In this document: piece after piece, positions 8,863-18,402 of the stretch
Position numbering within the stretch: position 1 is the stretch's first letter
Layout: each line of letters opens with the position of its first letter
Source of the DNA: a virus
Taxonomy: Duplodnaviria; Caudoviricetes
Length of the DNA stretch: 64,000 nt
IMG/VR virus record: IMGVR_UViG_3300035498_000530
Coordinates: 1 to 64,000 of that record
Direction: 5' to 3' (one strand)
Program-made: the position numbers and the translations under genes
Notes under the pieces: generated by a model
The model's input: only the letters and a program-made list of their open reading frames with translations
Told to the model about the DNA's origin: nothing
The model's database searches: none

Positions 8863-9414
8863 TTAATTTATATATTTATATAAATTCAAGTTAATCAACT
8901 CATTTGAAAGTGTATACAATACGCTAGTATTACACTGAATATTAGCCATCAATATATACTTTTCTATTATAGCAAATGCATTAAATGATGAAATAGCCTC
9001 ATTCAATTCATTTATAACTAATTCATTATATCTAGTAAGTATTTCATAATCAATGTTATTTTCTTGATAAGCATTCATTAATTTCATACAATTAGATATA
9101 TCCTCTATATCATAAACTCTAGAGGAGTATTGATCAATAGCCATTCTTAATTTTATTGAGTTAGCTATCAATTCATACTTTCTTTTCTTAGCAGTTGCTA
9201 CTTTCAAAGCAACACCAGGAAATAATTGATTCTCTCTAAAATAATTACTTATATCCTGATCTATATTATTCTTTTTGCCTTTCTTAGCAAGTTCTTTAAA
9301 AAGCCTCATAGCCCTTCTCTCAAGTTCTTCTATTTCGAAGTTTCTTGAATCTGTAGGTTTTTTATAGCATTTTCTTTGCTGTTGTTTTTGAGGTTGTTGA
9401 TTCCTTTGTTTCAA
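8863..9414 (-). CDS. Hypothetical protein
   Basis: ORF with TTG start and AAAGGA RBS. Confidence 0.65.
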   Translation of the reverse strand: MKQRNQQPQKQQQRKCYKKPTDSRNFEIEELERRAMRLFKELAKKGKKNNIDQDISNYFRENQLFPGVALKVATAKKRKYELIANSIKLRMAIDQYSSRVYDIEDISNCMKLMNAYQENNIDYEILTRYNELVINELNEAISSFNAFAIIEKYILMANIQCNTSVLYTLSNELINLNLYKYIN

Positions 9415-9444
9415 GTTTAATCATCCTTTCTTGTTTCTTGTACA

Positions 9445-9915
9445 TTAGTGACTCAACATCATCTCCTGTTGAATCTTACTATTTTGTTTCACCAGATTTG
9501 AAAAGTTATTTTTTCTTTCAATATAATCTTCTTCATCCGGTTCATAGTATTCTTCATTTTCATCCTCGTCATCTACTTCAATATCATCATATTCTTCATC
9601 GAGGTATTCATCGATATCAAAAGTATTATAAGGATTAAGACTATGACAATGCTGCATAAATACATACGCAGTTATCATCTCTTCAAGTGTAGCTTTCTGA
9701 GCTATTACATAACTCTTTGTAAGAATAATCTTGTCTCTATTCCCAAATAATAAAAGATATGCTTCACTTCTTCCAACTACAAACTTACATCTGAGTCCAT
9801 CAAACTCATCGTCATCATATTCACCTACTGGTTTAAATCTTAAGATCACCAGATAATCTCTAGTTTCAGGTGAATCTTCTTCCAAAGGTAAAATAGGGTT
9901 AATTAATTCTGACAT
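9445..9915 (-). CDS. Hypothetical protein with an acidic tract
   Basis: GGAGG RBS; early motif at 9957-9964. Confidence 0.75.
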   Translation of the reverse strand: MSELINPILPLEEDSPETRDYLVILRFKPVGEYDDDEFDGLRCKFVVGRSEAYLLLFGNRDKIILTKSYVIAQKATLEEMITAYVFMQHCHSLNPYNTFDIDEYLDEEYDDIEVDDEDENEEYYEPDEEDYIERKNNFSNLVKQNSKIQQEMMLSH

Positions 9916-9972
9916 AGGTCAGTCCTCCTTTAAAATATTATTTTATATTCCTTTATATAATATACATCTATA

Positions 9973-11199
9973 TCACTTTTTATAGTAATAAGACTTTATA
10001 GGTGGTCTCTTCTTCACATAGATAAGCGAATTAGTTGCTCTTGAAACTCCTACATAATTAAGTTTATTGCTTATATCTCCCATATATTCTTCAAGATATA
10101 TTACATTAGCAAACTGAGATCCTTGGGAGAGATGAGCTGTTATAGTATATGCAGGTTCAAATAATTCTCCCATACTATATTTATCAATCTTTATCTTTCT
10201 TCTATCTTCCTCATTACCAGAATAATACTTGTAATTAGCTTGTATATCACTAAATGTTATAGAATTATCCTGTATAGGAGATACACTCATATTGAATGTC
10301 ATTCCTTTTTCATCAAAGTCAGTTACATTTATAGTAGATAATGATTGTACTATCAAACCATTAGCAAGATTAAGATATCCTTCAGACAATCTCCAATTAT
10401 TCTTTCTACATATCAATCTATCTCCATAGACCGGTAATGTAGACTTTATACCAAGAATATCTTGCCTGATTCTCTTATTCATTTCATATTTAGTTTTATT
10501 CTTGCCACATATTATGATATCTGCACATTTGATCATATCATCAGTCAGATCTTCTTCATATATAACAAGAACATCACCATAGTATCCTATATTTATAGGA
10601 AGTCCCATTTTACAACGTTGAGAAAGCTGAACAATATAAGATTGTTCAGCCTGACGCATAACCTTAGTGAGTCTTTTAACTTTCCTAGAATCATATAAGT
10701 ATGCTGGTCTATCTGCTACCGGAGGTAACTGATCTATATCTCCAGTAACCAATATAGGTATATTGAATTTTTCTATATACTGCTTTAAAGACATAGGAAC
10801 ACATGATCCTTCATCTATTATAATAAGCTTTATTCCTGGAAGTTCATCCTTAGGAACAAATTTAGAAGTATATACAGGAGTACCATAATAGCTATGATAT
10901 ACCTGTTTACCTGATTTATCTATCATAGGAGTTTCTATGATATCAAATATCCATGAATGAATGGTCTTAGCATTAAGAAGACCATTGTTTCTCATGTTTA
11001 TAACCGCCGCTCCAATATATGACATAGGAGCTATTTCATCTTCTAATAAATTTAATTGAGATAAGATCTCTCTTAAAATAGTTGTCTTTCCAGTACCAGG
11101 TCCTCCTGAGTATTCAAATACTCCACCTACACCAGAATTAAACCATTTGACAGCAGATTGAATTACATCAATCTGCTCTTCATTTAGTACAATACTCAT
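9973..11199 (-). CDS. SF1B helicase (Dda/RecD-like)
   Basis: GGPGTGKT, IIIDEGS, GDIDQLPPV, LTKVMRQ, TAHLSQGSQF, YVGVSRA. Confidence 0.92.
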   Translation of the reverse strand: MSIVLNEEQIDVIQSAVKWFNSGVGGVFEYSGGPGTGKTTILREILSQLNLLEDEIAPMSYIGAAVINMRNNGLLNAKTIHSWIFDIIETPMIDKSGKQVYHSYYGTPVYTSKFVPKDELPGIKLIIIDEGSCVPMSLKQYIEKFNIPILVTGDIDQLPPVADRPAYLYDSRKVKRLTKVMRQAEQSYIVQLSQRCKMGLPINIGYYGDVLVIYEEDLTDDMIKCADIIICGKNKTKYEMNKRIRQDILGIKSTLPVYGDRLICRKNNWRLSEGYLNLANGLIVQSLSTINVTDFDEKGMTFNMSVSPIQDNSITFSDIQANYKYYSGNEEDRRKIKIDKYSMGELFEPAYTITAHLSQGSQFANVIYLEEYMGDISNKLNYVGVSRATNSLIYVKKRPPIKSYYYKK

Positions 11200-11201
11200 A
11201 T

Positions 11202-11684
11202 TTATTCTCCTTCATATTGATGGAATGTTTTATGATCTTGATTTATTATAGATGCAAGTTCAGCATAGCATAATGCATCATTATAATAAGATTCAGTCCT
11301 TATTATATCCTCAATATTATCCTTTATATATACTAATTCAAAGTATCTTGGTCTAAATCCGTCTCCGGCCTCAAATATAGGATAATATGTCTTTACATAT
11401 ATACCATAATCTTCTGAAGCATTGCTAAGATAATAAGCAAATAGTTTTGATATTAGATTCATATTTCTTAATGGATTAAACTGTATCTCATCTCTTGATA
11501 CAGCCCTTTTCAGAGTAGCACATTTGATAGGTTTATTATCTATCATTAAAATGCTGTCGTTGTTTACGTCTGCTAAATACATTAGTAGATCCATCGTAAA
11601 TCCAAAATCTTCCATCACAATGGTAGCAAATTCCTGCTCCTTTTGTGACATTTCATTACTGTTGTACATTTTCCGTTTATTCAT
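11202..11684 (-). CDS. Hypothetical protein
   Basis: GGAGG RBS; same unit as the helicase. Confidence 0.75.
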   Translation of the reverse strand: MNKRKMYNSNEMSQKEQEFATIVMEDFGFTMDLLMYLADVNNDSILMIDNKPIKCATLKRAVSRDEIQFNPLRNMNLISKLFAYYLSNASEDYGIYVKTYYPIFEAGDGFRPRYFELVYIKDNIEDIIRTESYYNDALCYAELASIINQDHKTFHQYEGE

Positions 11685-11774
11685 AAAGAATTCCTCCTTA
11701 AAGTATTACGTATTTGTTCTTTATGATATAAAAGTTAAAATTATTGACATTTATATAATAAGGAGTGATAATAT

Positions 11775-12113
11775 ATGGCTAATAATATTGATACTAGATA
11801 TACCGAGATAGCAGAATTAGTTAATATAACTAACAAATATTATCCTGGTATACAACAATTTAGACTTAATTCTCTCGTCACAGGAGAATTGAATGAAACT
11901 CAAACTAATAACAAAAGAAATATACAAAACAAAGATTCCAATGCTTTAGGAATAAGTACTACTACACAAGCTAATGTAGTAGAAATTAAATTACCAAAAG
12001 AGCATACTATAACTTATCAGAAAAAGTTTATACCGGCTGGTACTAAATTCTTAGTATGCTTTATTGGTGGTGATATATCTAGCCCAAAAATTATAGGAAG
12101 GATTGATGATTAA
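11775..12113 (+). CDS. Putative baseplate protein (gp5/VgrG N-terminal OB-fold-like)
   Basis: IPAGTKFLVCFIGGDISSPKIIG; GACA-N6-TA promoter at 11746-11757. Confidence 0.55.
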   Translation: MANNIDTRYTEIAELVNITNKYYPGIQQFRLNSLVTGELNETQTNNKRNIQNKDSNALGISTTTQANVVEIKLPKEHTITYQKKFIPAGTKFLVCFIGGDISSPKIIGRIDD

Positions 12114-12517
12114 TGGCTCAGTTAAGTACCTCATATTCATTACAACAGTTTATTGATTCTGGTAGTAAAGTAAGTATAACTTATGGAAAGTTTTCTACTA
12201 CAGAAACTGTTGGAGATATAAAGTTTCCATCTTATCATGTTGTAGATGATTACTTGGATGAAATTAAAAGCTATGCAGTTGATGTAGAATTGACTAAAGA
12301 CGAATACTTTAAATATAAGTATAGACCAAAGATACTAGCATATGATGTATATGGTAGTACAGAATTAGACTTTATTATACTAGCATTAAATGGATTGGCT
12401 GATATGAAAGATTTTGATCTTAGAACAGTTAAACTTCTTAAGAAAACATATATGACTAATATCATATCAAGTATATATAATTCTGAAGTTGGATTTATCC
12501 AATCCAACCAAAATTAA
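12113..12517 (+). CDS. LysM-like baseplate wedge protein (T4 gp53-like)
   Basis: YRPKILAYDVYGSTELDFIILALNG. Confidence 0.65.
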   Translation: MAQLSTSYSLQQFIDSGSKVSITYGKFSTTETVGDIKFPSYHVVDDYLDEIKSYAVDVELTKDEYFKYKYRPKILAYDVYGSTELDFIILALNGLADMKDFDLRTVKLLKKTYMTNIISSIYNSEVGFIQSNQN

Positions 12518-12532
12518 AGATAACAATATAGT

Positions 12533-12645
12533 AAAAAGAGACACTAAATGGTTATGGTCTTTTTTCATTTTCTTTAAACTCCAAAAATTTTGTTTGCATA
12601 GCAAAATTTAGCCCTAGGATTGTTATAATCCTAGGGCACTCCTTT
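12533..12645 (+). ncRNA. Candidate late small RNA (three hairpins, anti-RBS segment)
   Basis: AACA-atatag-TA at 12522-12533; only a 9-codon ORF on this strand; terminator stem at 12611-12637; 12562-12582 matches 18390-18410 at 20/21. Confidence 0.5.
12611..12637. terminator. Hairpin between convergent units
   Basis: GCCCTAGGATT/AATCCTAGGGC stem. Confidence 0.8.
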
Positions 12646-12647
12646 GT

Positions 12648-13196
12648 TTAATAGCGTCCTCTATAGCATATAACTATAGACCTATCTGATAAATCACTAA
12701 GTAAATCTGGATCTATTGATATCTTAATCTGCATTGCTGTAAGTAAATACATATTTATAGTTAGTGCGCTTGATCCGCCAATATTGTTTTCAGAATCTTG
12801 TTCAAATGAAAGTTCTGGATAAATAGTACTATATACTTTTGCAGTATTAGTTGATCCCAATATAGTAACAGAACTAGGATAATATGAAGATATGCTACAT
12901 TTTTTTAAGATATTTTTTGTATCTTCATATAATGTAGGATTATCATCATTTTGAAGTTCGTATGCTGTTGTTACACAATCATCATAATCAACACTTATTT
13001 CTTTATAATTTCTATATGAATCTATAGAATTCCAAGTATCAACATAATATTCTCCAGATTCATTAAAATCTGACATCTTTATTATTTTATATTTTTCTTC
13101 TATATCATGGTTCTGTGGTAATCCATTTACTACATTAACAGCTGGATCTAGAATAACAGTCTTACTACCATTTACTGTTCCTATAATAGTTGCCAT
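12648..13196 (-). CDS. Hypothetical protein (late)
   Basis: GGAGG RBS; late promoter at 13228-13239. Confidence 0.75.
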   Translation of the reverse strand: MATIIGTVNGSKTVILDPAVNVVNGLPQNHDIEEKYKIIKMSDFNESGEYYVDTWNSIDSYRNYKEISVDYDDCVTTAYELQNDDNPTLYEDTKNILKKCSISSYYPSSVTILGSTNTAKVYSTIYPELSFEQDSENNIGGSSALTINMYLLTAMQIKISIDPDLLSDLSDRSIVICYRGRY

Positions 13197-13266
13197 ATTA
13201 GATTTACCTCCTTTATAAAGTTTAATTTATTAAGATGTTATTAGTTCCAGTTTTAGAAAAAATAAA

Positions 13267-13290
13267 GAGAGAAGGAAAAATCCTTCTCTC
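13267..13290 (-). terminator. Terminator after the helicase
   Basis: GAGAGAAGGA/TCCTTCTCTC stem plus TTTATTTTTT. Confidence 0.85.
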
Positions 13291-15061
13291 AGTCTATCCA
13301 AATCAATGGGTTTATGAGCTTCTTAGTTTCATTTTTAAACTGATTCTGCATTGGCTGCATATTCGGACTCGGAACCATATTTGGATTTGGATTATAATTT
13401 TGCTGCATTGGTAATCCAATCATTCTAGCTAATTGATTATAATCATTTACATTATTCTGCATAGGTTGCATATTATTCATCGGTGGCATACTATTCATTG
13501 GTTGCATATTTCCATACCCTATAGTTGTTGCACCATTAATAGAATTCTGAGGAACTTGAGGTTTCATAGAATTCTTATATGCATTCTCTACAGTAAATTC
13601 ATCTTCAACTAATTTTAATGGAAGATATTTATCATATGGTTGATATAAGTGGTCTATAGATGCTATACCATCTTGTCTGAATCTTCCTTTAACTCTACTT
13701 ATACCTAAATACTTATCTCCATTATAATCAATCTCAGGTGCTATCATAAATACAGCATCTGCGAAGTCAATCATTATCATTGATTCGCCAACTGTATCTC
13801 TTCCGAGTAATGATACTAAATCAGACTTATTTGTCTTTCTACCTTCATCAACTCGTCTTACACCATCTCTATTAATCTGAGATGCTGTTATTACTGGTAT
13901 TCCCTTCTCTTTTGCAAATGCAGTAAACTCCTTTACTACATTACCAAGAGCTATTCTTAATTCAGGACTATATTCTGTAGGTTTGATTACTTTTACATAA
14001 TCCATTATAAGGCATATTGGTTCGAATCCATCATCATATAGTTTATCATACATACTATATAAAAAACTTGTATTCTCTGAATCTGGTGGTCTAGATACAT
14101 GTATGAATTCAATATTAGTTGGTTTATTTACATCATACAATATATTTATATACTCATCTTCTGAATAGTCTGTCATGTTTTCTGGTCTAGCTGTCATATT
14201 CCAAATACGTTCTGCTGTCTCTTTATTAAAGTTTTCCATAGATAGCATAACTACACATGGTTTCTTCGTAGGGTCTTTAGCTACTATATTTGGATTATAC
14301 CTTCTTATCTGAAGTCCAAGATTTAATAATGTTGATGATTTACCTTCACCTTGGAGACCGAAGAATAAATAAGTTCTTCTACTCTCGAATCCTCCATTAA
14401 GCATATCATTAAGTCCTGCCATTCCGCATCTCAATTTATTAGATGCTTCACTATTCTCTTTATAATATCCTCTCATAGATTCTTCTGAATCTCTAGATAA
14501 TATAAACATATCATTCTTATCAAATCCAGAATCATATAATCTGATATCTGAGTTTGCTTTTGATATAAGTTCTGAAAATTCCTTCATTGCATCGGCTTTA
14601 TGGTCATATTCACCACTCTGATACTTTGAAATCATTGTAATTAACTTCTTTGCATTTTCATCCATACAATAGAATGATAATGCATCTGATATAGTAGAAT
14701 TAATCCATTCTAATTCTTCTGGTGTCAAATCTGAGAATGATTCTAAATCTACTAATAATTTCTCTTGTAACGCACCGCCCTTGATATATGATAATATCAA
14801 TCTTGGGTCTCTGAGTTTCTTATTGAGCTTTGCATCAAGCACTTTCTCTATAAACTCTATTTTATTTATACGGTCATCATTATAATCTGATTTATCAATC
14901 GAATTCATTAATGTTTCTAAATTTCTTAGTTGTGTTGTAGTAACGCAATCTTTATTAGAAATAGCTAATGCACACATTAAGTCTAATGTAGCACTATCAA
15001 ATTTCTGAATAACCTTATGTTTCTTGTTTCCTCTACTGGAAAATCTTTTAACATCAGCCAT
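13289..15061 (-). CDS. Replicative SF4 helicase (DnaB/T4 gp41-like) with an M/Q/N/P-rich tail
   Basis: LNGGFE, GLQGEGKS, LSMEN, IMDY, VITASQINR. Confidence 0.9.
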   Translation of the reverse strand: MADVKRFSSRGNKKHKVIQKFDSATLDLMCALAISNKDCVTTTQLRNLETLMNSIDKSDYNDDRINKIEFIEKVLDAKLNKKLRDPRLILSYIKGGALQEKLLVDLESFSDLTPEELEWINSTISDALSFYCMDENAKKLITMISKYQSGEYDHKADAMKEFSELISKANSDIRLYDSGFDKNDMFILSRDSEESMRGYYKENSEASNKLRCGMAGLNDMLNGGFESRRTYLFFGLQGEGKSSTLLNLGLQIRRYNPNIVAKDPTKKPCVVMLSMENFNKETAERIWNMTARPENMTDYSEDEYINILYDVNKPTNIEFIHVSRPPDSENTSFLYSMYDKLYDDGFEPICLIMDYVKVIKPTEYSPELRIALGNVVKEFTAFAKEKGIPVITASQINRDGVRRVDEGRKTNKSDLVSLLGRDTVGESMIMIDFADAVFMIAPEIDYNGDKYLGISRVKGRFRQDGIASIDHLYQPYDKYLPLKLVEDEFTVENAYKNSMKPQVPQNSINGATTIGYGNMQPMNSMPPMNNMQPMQNNVNDYNQLARMIGLPMQQNYNPNPNMVPSPNMQPMQNQFKNETKKLINPLIWID

Positions 15062-15090
15062 TTAAATTCCCTCTTTTCCAAATCGTGTAC

Positions 15091-15789
15091 TTAAATGTTG
15101 TGCCTAAGATGTTTATACACAATATCTAGTGGACTATCTATCATTTGCTTGTAAATATCACAAGACAAATCAGATAAAGTATTGTAAATTGAATCTATTG
15201 ATAGCAAACTATAAGCATAATTACTATATAGATGCGTATTACTAGATTTTGTTGTTAAATATGATAGTTTGTTCTTATGAGAAAAACTCCAATAAACATT
15301 AAGAACTTTATCAAATAGTCTACTGTTTTCTTCATGCTTTCTAATTGTTGAAGTTACAGCCATAATTGGATCTGGCTTTATATATGGATACTCCCTATTG
15401 AAGTATGATTTATCTACATAACAATGTGTAGAATTTCTTATTAATGATAATAAGAAAGCTACATCCTTAGCTAATGGGTCTTGTATTTCATTATTAACTA
15501 TAAAATCAAGATCTTCTAATGATAGAGATATACATCTATCATCATTATCACTGTCTGTTATTAGCATAGAACCTTTTATAACAGACATATTATATTCATT
15601 ATTTAAACTCATTGGAAGATAGTTTACCAAATAATCTGAAATGATACCAGTAATACTATCATATCCATCGATGTATTTTACTTTCAATGATTTATATATA
15701 GGTTTACCTTCTACAGTAAACTCCGGAAATATTATTATATTCTTCATATGTATGCTCCCTATATCAAAAATTTGGTCATCTGGAATCAA
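15091..15789 (-). CDS. Hypothetical protein (start uncertain)
   Basis: Long ORF. Confidence 0.65.
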   Translation of the reverse strand: MIPDDQIFDIGSIHMKNIIIFPEFTVEGKPIYKSLKVKYIDGYDSITGIISDYLVNYLPMSLNNEYNMSVIKGSMLITDSDNDDRCISLSLEDLDFIVNNEIQDPLAKDVAFLLSLIRNSTHCYVDKSYFNREYPYIKPDPIMAVTSTIRKHEENSRLFDKVLNVYWSFSHKNKLSYLTTKSSNTHLYSNYAYSLLSIDSIYNTLSDLSCDIYKQMIDSPLDIVYKHLRHNI

Positions 15790-15806
15790 ACCAGATGACC
15801 TATATA

Positions 15807-16163
15807 TTATAATTTGTCCAAATTATCAATAATGTATACCATAGCATCAACGCTAATTTCATACTTATCAAATTTAGTTTTATCATCTTGTATAGTAATA
15901 TATTTAGGATCATCTGCTAACCAATATATTCTCCATTTATCTACTACAAGCATTATCACTCTTTCTTCCTTCACTACTATACTAAATGAAGAATTCAATC
16001 TACCTCCGAGTATATCAAATGCTTTCTTAAATACGCTAAATGCAAATGTATACTCAGACCTAATTTCTATGTCATTCAAATTTGTTTCTGTCTCTTTAAG
16101 TAAGTCGCCTATGATATCAGGTTTTGTATCAATGGACTTACTACATTTATTAAATAACCCCAT
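15807..16163 (-). CDS. Hypothetical protein
   Basis: GGAGGTGA RBS. Confidence 0.75.
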   Translation of the reverse strand: MGLFNKCSKSIDTKPDIIGDLLKETETNLNDIEIRSEYTFAFSVFKKAFDILGGRLNSSFSIVVKEERVIMLVVDKWRIYWLADDPKYITIQDDKTKFDKYEISVDAMVYIIDNLDKL

Positions 16164-16219
16164 TGGATTATCACCTCCGATTTCTATTTGATTTACTATT
16201 AAGTTTAAAGAGTATTAAA

Positions 16220-16256
16220 ATAATACGAGAAGAGCCAAAGACCCTTCTCGTATTAT
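16220..16256 (-). terminator. Terminator hairpin
   Basis: ATAATACGAGAAG/CTTCTCGTATTAT stem. Confidence 0.75.
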
Positions 16257-16283
16257 ACATATATTTGTGTTGCAAATCATTTA

Positions 16284-16421
16284 TTATAGGCTATCTATAA
16301 TATAACCGAGGTTAACTAAAATAATCATTATAAATATAATAAGCAAAACAAATAAAAGTACATTATCAGAAGTCCAACTGTTTCTTAAATATTCTACGAG
16401 TTTTTTAATTACATCAATCAT
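16284..16421 (-). CDS. 45-aa single-pass membrane protein (not in the ORF track)
   Basis: MIDVIKKLVEYLRNSWTSDNVLLFVLLIIFIMIILVNLGYIIDSL; AAAGGGG RBS; own late promoter (16448-16459) and terminator. Confidence 0.7.
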   Translation of the reverse strand: MIDVIKKLVEYLRNSWTSDNVLLFVLLIIFIMIILVNLGYIIDSL

Positions 16422-16459
16422 AATAATAACCCCTTTATAACATACTTTACTAGAATGTT

Positions 16460-17584
16460 CTATATTTCCTGTAACAATTGTATTAACTCTTCGGAACTTA
16501 TAAATTTGTACCCTTTACTTTGATTGATATATCTAGTGAGTATATCATATTCACTCATAGATTTATCAAATATATAATCATATTCATCATATTTAGATTC
16601 TGATTCTTTTAGAGCTTTTTGTGTTCTTTGTTCTTGTAAAGAATCATCTTTGATCTTTATTGATGGATTATTCCTATAATAATTCTTCAATATTGTAATA
16701 TTATCTGGAACTCTTTTTGTGAACTCGACTCTGATATTATCTATACCTGAGTCTTGAAGAGATTTGATATATGATATTACATCTTTCGGGTCATTGTCAA
16801 TCATATCATCCAGATTAATTGTATCATATCTTTGAGATACTATCTTCTGGAAGTTTACATAATATTCCCTTGTATCAAGATTGTGAAGAAGTATAATAAA
16901 CCCCTTATCTTCTTCCTCACCAAATGAAAATCTTAATGGAGATCCTGAGTAATATACATGCTGTTCAAAACACCCAGGAGTATGAACATGACCACATATT
17001 ATTGGTCCGCCACAATACTGAAAATCTCTCATCTTAAATACAGGTCTAGACTTATTTAAGTCTGGCTCATTAGACCCATATATAGATCCTCTGAATACTC
17101 CATGGAGAATAGCCATATCATAATATTCACTATTAAAGAACTGATTATAATAGTCTTCTCCTTTGTTATATTCTTCTGGAATACACAATATTTTCTTTCC
17201 TTTGATTTGAATAAATCCAGTATGTTCAACTATACGAACATCTACAGAACTATCTGCCTGTAAATGATAAAATAATCTTAGCTGTCCTGCGTCGTGAGAT
17301 TCAGTTCCACTAAGTAAGACTAAAGTCGCATTCTTCATCTTACAAATTCTTACACATTCATCTATAAATTTAATAGCATACATTACTACAGATGAATTTG
17401 CCATATTCTTTTGGTGAAATAAGTCACCATTTATAAAAAGTGTATCAAAATAAATCTTTTCTATTACTGATAAGAATTGTTCATTCAATATTTTAAACTG
17501 ATATTCTGGGTCTAAAGCACCAAAATGTATATCAGCTATATGAATTTCAATTCTTATTCCTCTTTCCATAGGTGTATAATACAT
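16460..17584 (-). CDS. sbcD: SbcD/Mre11-like metallophosphoesterase nuclease
   Basis: ADIHFG, NGDLF, SGTESHD, ILHG, GHVH, YSGSPLRFSFGEE; RBS favours start at 17584. Confidence 0.88.
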   Translation of the reverse strand: MYYTPMERGIRIEIHIADIHFGALDPEYQFKILNEQFLSVIEKIYFDTLFINGDLFHQKNMANSSVVMYAIKFIDECVRICKMKNATLVLLSGTESHDAGQLRLFYHLQADSSVDVRIVEHTGFIQIKGKKILCIPEEYNKGEDYYNQFFNSEYYDMAILHGVFRGSIYGSNEPDLNKSRPVFKMRDFQYCGGPIICGHVHTPGCFEQHVYYSGSPLRFSFGEEEDKGFIILLHNLDTREYYVNFQKIVSQRYDTINLDDMIDNDPKDVISYIKSLQDSGIDNIRVEFTKRVPDNITILKNYYRNNPSIKIKDDSLQEQRTQKALKESESKYDEYDYIFDKSMSEYDILTRYINQSKGYKFISSEELIQLLQEI

Positions 17585-17598
17585 AAAATTTCCTCCTA

Positions 17599-18396
17599 TT
17601 ATTTCCAATCTATTACATTCCAAGGATATAATATGTATTTTTTATGTGATTTGGCAAAGCAATCAAGAAGATATAATGCTAAAGGTTCCAATTCACTTAG
17701 TGCAAAAAATATAGGTCTTAAAGCCTCATCAGCAATATTATATTTATATTTAGAATAATTATCTTGAAATACACTTATCTGATATACTGCTGATAAAGAA
17801 TCATATTTGTCTAAATATCGTATTTCAAAATTTCTATCTCTTGATAAAGGGTAGAATCTTTTAGCATATTCAAAGTCCCTCTTGATTGGAATACTCAGTT
17901 TTAATTCTATATCCCCATAGAATTCATTATTCATAATTTTCAAAGGAATTATTATTCTTCTAGATGATTGACACATATAAACAAGTTCTCCCTTAACTTG
18001 TTTATCGTATACCTTTAAGGCGTAATATTCACATGGTATATCGTATCCATCATTATTACTATATAGATGATATATGATATTAACAATATCTATTATGAAC
18101 TGAAATAGTTCATCGTTTTTCTTTTTCTTTTTTTCTAATTCATATATAACGTCTGGATCTAAAGTACATGGATCTATATATCCTCCTTTAGCTTCTTTCT
18201 TTACATATTCCTTATATTTTGAAAAGTTCTTTATGATTGATTTTCTTAATTTGATGTACTTAAGATTTGTCTGAAATTTTTCTGAAATTCGTTTATGTAT
18301 TTTAATGTTCTTATTTGCATTATCAAGAAGTTTAAATTCTCTTGTACAGTAAAATAATTCTGAATATAATTCGTATACATCTTTTTCCATTTTCAT
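17599..18396 (-). CDS. Hypothetical Lys-rich protein
   Basis: ORF between the two nucleases; AGGAG RBS overlapping the upstream stop codon. Confidence 0.75.
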   Translation of the reverse strand: MKMEKDVYELYSELFYCTREFKLLDNANKNIKIHKRISEKFQTNLKYIKLRKSIIKNFSKYKEYVKKEAKGGYIDPCTLDPDVIYELEKKKKKNDELFQFIIDIVNIIYHLYSNNDGYDIPCEYYALKVYDKQVKGELVYMCQSSRRIIIPLKIMNNEFYGDIELKLSIPIKRDFEYAKRFYPLSRDRNFEIRYLDKYDSLSAVYQISVFQDNYSKYKYNIADEALRPIFFALSELEPLALYLLDCFAKSHKKYILYPWNVIDWK

Positions 18397-18402
18397 TTTC
18401 TT

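Noticed and set aside
1491-15061. Inteins or introns in gyrA, gyrB or the helicases
   Set aside because: No intein termini or homing endonuclease motifs; the GyrB TOPRIM insertion resembles a known GyrB insertion.
16297-16304. Additional TATATTAT sites (16297-16304 and 53415-53422)
   Set aside because: One lies inside a small ORF and the other in an RBS spacer, so probably chance.
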